A stretch of DNA of 64,000 nt, from positions 1,098,827 to 1,162,826 of the forward strand of contig BDGG01000006.1 in the NCBI GenBank assembly GCA_001949185.1. The letters run 5' to 3'. This document shows, one piece after another, positions 61,186-64,000 of this stretch (its first letter is position 1; every line of letters starts with the position of its first letter). Source of the stretch: Ramazzottius varieornatus (taxonomy: Eukaryota; Animalia; Tardigrada). Below the pieces are notes generated by a model. That model made no database searches and had not been told where the DNA came from. It saw nothing but the letters and a program-made list of their open reading frames with translations. A program made the translations under genes and the position numbers.

Positions 61186-63520
61186 TCATGAAACCACACC
61201 ACACACCGCAGAGTTATCGTGAATTTTCACGGCGTCGTTCTTGCTCTTTCCACCTCGCTTCATCCAGCAAGTTCCTCGCTGCCAATGGAAATGCGTACAA
61301 CCCTGGGATTGCGCACATGCAGGTCCGCATTGCGCTGCAGAGACAGTGACGGTAGACATGTCATTCCCGAGAAAATCGCATCCATTTGCCCAGTTATCGT
61401 ACCACTCGATAGCCCGTTCGCTTAGCGGCGGCACCACGCCGCAGACCACAGCATCATCGGCGACCCGGACAGCATCTTCCTTTCTCTTACCACCCTGTTT
61501 CAGTCGGCAGGTTCCTCCGTCCGCACTTGACCAAGTAAAGTGTGTACAGTCAGGTGTGGTCAAACAGGCGGGACCGCAGTCCGGCCCAGATACTTTTACA
61601 ATAGACAGATCGTCGCCCGGGAACTCACACCCGTATGCCCAGTCGTCTTCCTTCCATTCAATCGCTCGTTCGGCTTGTGGAACTACCACGCCACACACCA
61701 CAGCGTTATCGTAGACTCTAACAGCATCTTCTTTCCTCTTCTCACCCTGCTTCAGGTAGCAGTTACCTCCGATCCAATGGAAATGAGTACAGCCTTCTTG
61801 TCGAAGACATGTCGGTCCGCACTGAGCGCCCGCAACCTCGACGCTGGTCAGACTGTTTCCGGGAAAGTCACACCCAAATGCCCAGTTCTCCTTATTCCAG
61901 TCAATGGTACGTTTCATCAAGGGTTTCACCACGCCGCACACCACAGAACTATCGGCGACCTTGACGGCATCTTCTTTCCTTTTACCACCCTGTTTTAGCC
62001 GGCAGGTACCTCCCTCACTTTTTGACCATGTGAAATGTGTGCAACCGTGAGTGCTTTCACAAGTACGCCCACAGTTTCTCCCGGGAATCTTGACGGTGGA
62101 CAAATCATTACCGGGGAAGTCACAGCCGTGAGCATAGTTCTCATCGGTCCACCGTATTCCTGAAAAACAGTCGCTCAATAGGAGGTTAGAAAAATAAAAG
62201 CCTCTGAGCGAGTTACTCGTCCGAGCGTACCTTCGTTCGATCCACGTGGTATCGTCGGGCTACTGCATTCGTAAAGCCGGTTGATTTTTTCCACGTCCAA
62301 AAGACTGAGACCTTCTCGGTTCCCCAGCTTGACGCCCCGTATCCTTGGCACAATGGTCGGTTTCATAGAATCGATGGCGAACGCGTTTTCTTCGTAGTGC
62401 TGCAGAGATTAACGAATATCCCACCCTTAATCCGCTAGTACGCCATTCCCAAGCTGAAGGTGACTTACCATGATCGACGCATAGTCATACGGCATATTCA
62501 AATTATCCGTCCTTTCTGCATTGAAGTTCTTGTTTTTTGTACCTGCTTACAGAAAAAAATCATACTGTAAATATTCGCTGCGTCCGCGCAGTACGTCATC
62601 GTATAGGTGAAGTACAGCCCCGGTCCGGTTTCACGGATTGCGCAACCCCCTGCGTGGGTGCATTGTCACGTACGTGTACGTACTGCGCGGACGCAGCAAA
62701 TATTTACAGTAATCATTTGAAGAGTGTATGCACCTACCTACAGATCAACTACTCGTACCGTTCACAACGTTGTCCCACACGATGGTTACGTACTCATCAC
62801 GATCGTTTCGACTCTGCTCGTGGAAAAAGCCTATCTCGTGCAGAATCTCGTGCTGGACCGTACCGAAAGTTTCACACCCGATACCAAGGTTGATCAGTTG
62901 TCCCCGACCGTCATTTTTCCTGCGCCGGGCAATGTCGGAATAGCACCTTTGAACCGGAAGTTACTACATATGTATTTCCTTTTCTAGAAATGCGTATGAC
63001 ATAGCGTTCGAACAAGGTTGCCATGATCCTGATGTGATCTTACCCTTCTGGCGACTCTCTCGCAAATCTGATAAAATGTGGTTCGGCGATGCGCGGAACG
63101 AACCGAACACAAGTCTTGGCCATTAGATCTCTCAGCGCTTCCTCAATGATTTGTTTTTCTTCCCCCGAAGCTGAAATGGAAACTTGCCGAATAAACATGG
63201 TCCAAATGAAGTGCACAGCGCTATCACGAAGAGCTTATATCCTAAAGCAAAGCCATGGCTTTGTCCAAAGCCTCGGAAACCCCGTACCGAAAGCTAGACC
63301 AAGCTGATACGGTACCAAACCATTCTTCCATCGTAGTCTTCGGTCGAAAATGGCGTTGTTCAACTGCATATCCTGTGAATACAAAACCGACTTTAAGATT
63401 CGATGTACACTGTGCGCTACAGTACAACAGGTGGATCTTCGTTCATCTGACCGTGAAAGCGAAATCGGTCCTCTCATCCATTCCATCAATCCAAATGTCA
63501 CCCTCGTAAAGATAAGCTCC
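61186..63520 (-). CDS. Astacin (M12A) zinc metalloprotease with four C-terminal PAN/Apple repeats; first exon(s) not resolved
   Basis: Pro-domain YEGDI; RWKNGLVPY; TCVRFVPR; GCYSDI; HEILHEIGFFHEQSRNDRD (62795-62853); PYDYASIM|HY Met-turn; then four W..GCDFPGN..CG..C....CTHF.W...C.LK repeats in the last exon. Confidence 0.93.
62565..62709. mobile_element. Tc1/mariner-type MITE (145 bp) in an astacin intron
   Basis: TIR CTGTAAATATT(C/T)GCTGCGTCCGCGCAGTACGT at both ends, flanked by TA at 62563-64 and 62710-11. Confidence 0.88.
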
Positions 63521-64000
63521 AGCAAACGTCGACATGTATATGAAAAAGAAAGACATTAAAGAGGCTCGGGAGTAACGCCTTTCGAAATTCCATGTCCCAC
63601 AAAGGTCATTCATGCTTCCCAGCTCACGGATGACAGGAAGTTCTAAGCGCGATGATGCTTTGACAAAAGCAACGCCAGTAAATGGCAAAAATTTAAACAA
63701 CGCGAAATACGTGTGCTTTTGTTGTGAGAAATAGCTAGACAGCTCGACAAGACTGAAGCTTGTTTAAAGAGATAATAATCAGCTCAAATTATCAGGAAAC
63801 TAAGTTAACCCGTCAGACAACACTCACATGCATCACAAAAAACATTGGGAATGACGTGATCGGCTCGCTTTATCTGGAATGTAATGCAATGTTCTCTGAA
63901 ATTTTACCAGAATAGGTCCAGATGATAATAAGGATAAATTCAGAGCATTTTCACTGAGCAATCACTCGAAAGCTGCAAGTCACAGTCCGGTCGCTCGAGA

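Overview
Eukaryotic (animal) nuclear scaffold with short GT-AG introns and four N gaps. The mitochondrial insert has panarthropod gene order; with the compact introns this suggests a small-genome ecdysozoan such as a tardigrade (inference only). From left to right: (1) 1-6.4 kb, repeat/MITE debris, including a clean hAT-type MITE with an 8-bp TSD. (2) 6.4-10.1 kb, a decayed nuclear copy of mtDNA (cob fragment | nad4-trnH-nad5-trnF / trnE-S1-N-R-A-nad3-trnG-cox3). (3) 13.8-29.8 kb, two neurogenin/tap bHLH paralogues in a ~15-kb inverted duplication; the arms alternate between near-identical and strongly diverged blocks, and the outer flanks are duplicated in direct orientation. (4) 30-41.7 kb, host genes: an unknown AT-hook protein, a two-repeat Myb and an NHE6/7/9-type exchanger, whose introns share a ~120-bp palindromic element. 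(5) 42-60 kb, a transposon nest: a Polinton/Maverick relic interrupted by a TA-flanked pogo element, a CACTA-like transposase with a convergent PHD-like gene, and a decayed LINE. (6) 61.2-63.5 kb, an astacin metalloprotease fused to four PAN/Apple repeats. All alignments were made by eye, so boundaries are approximate unless exact motifs are quoted.
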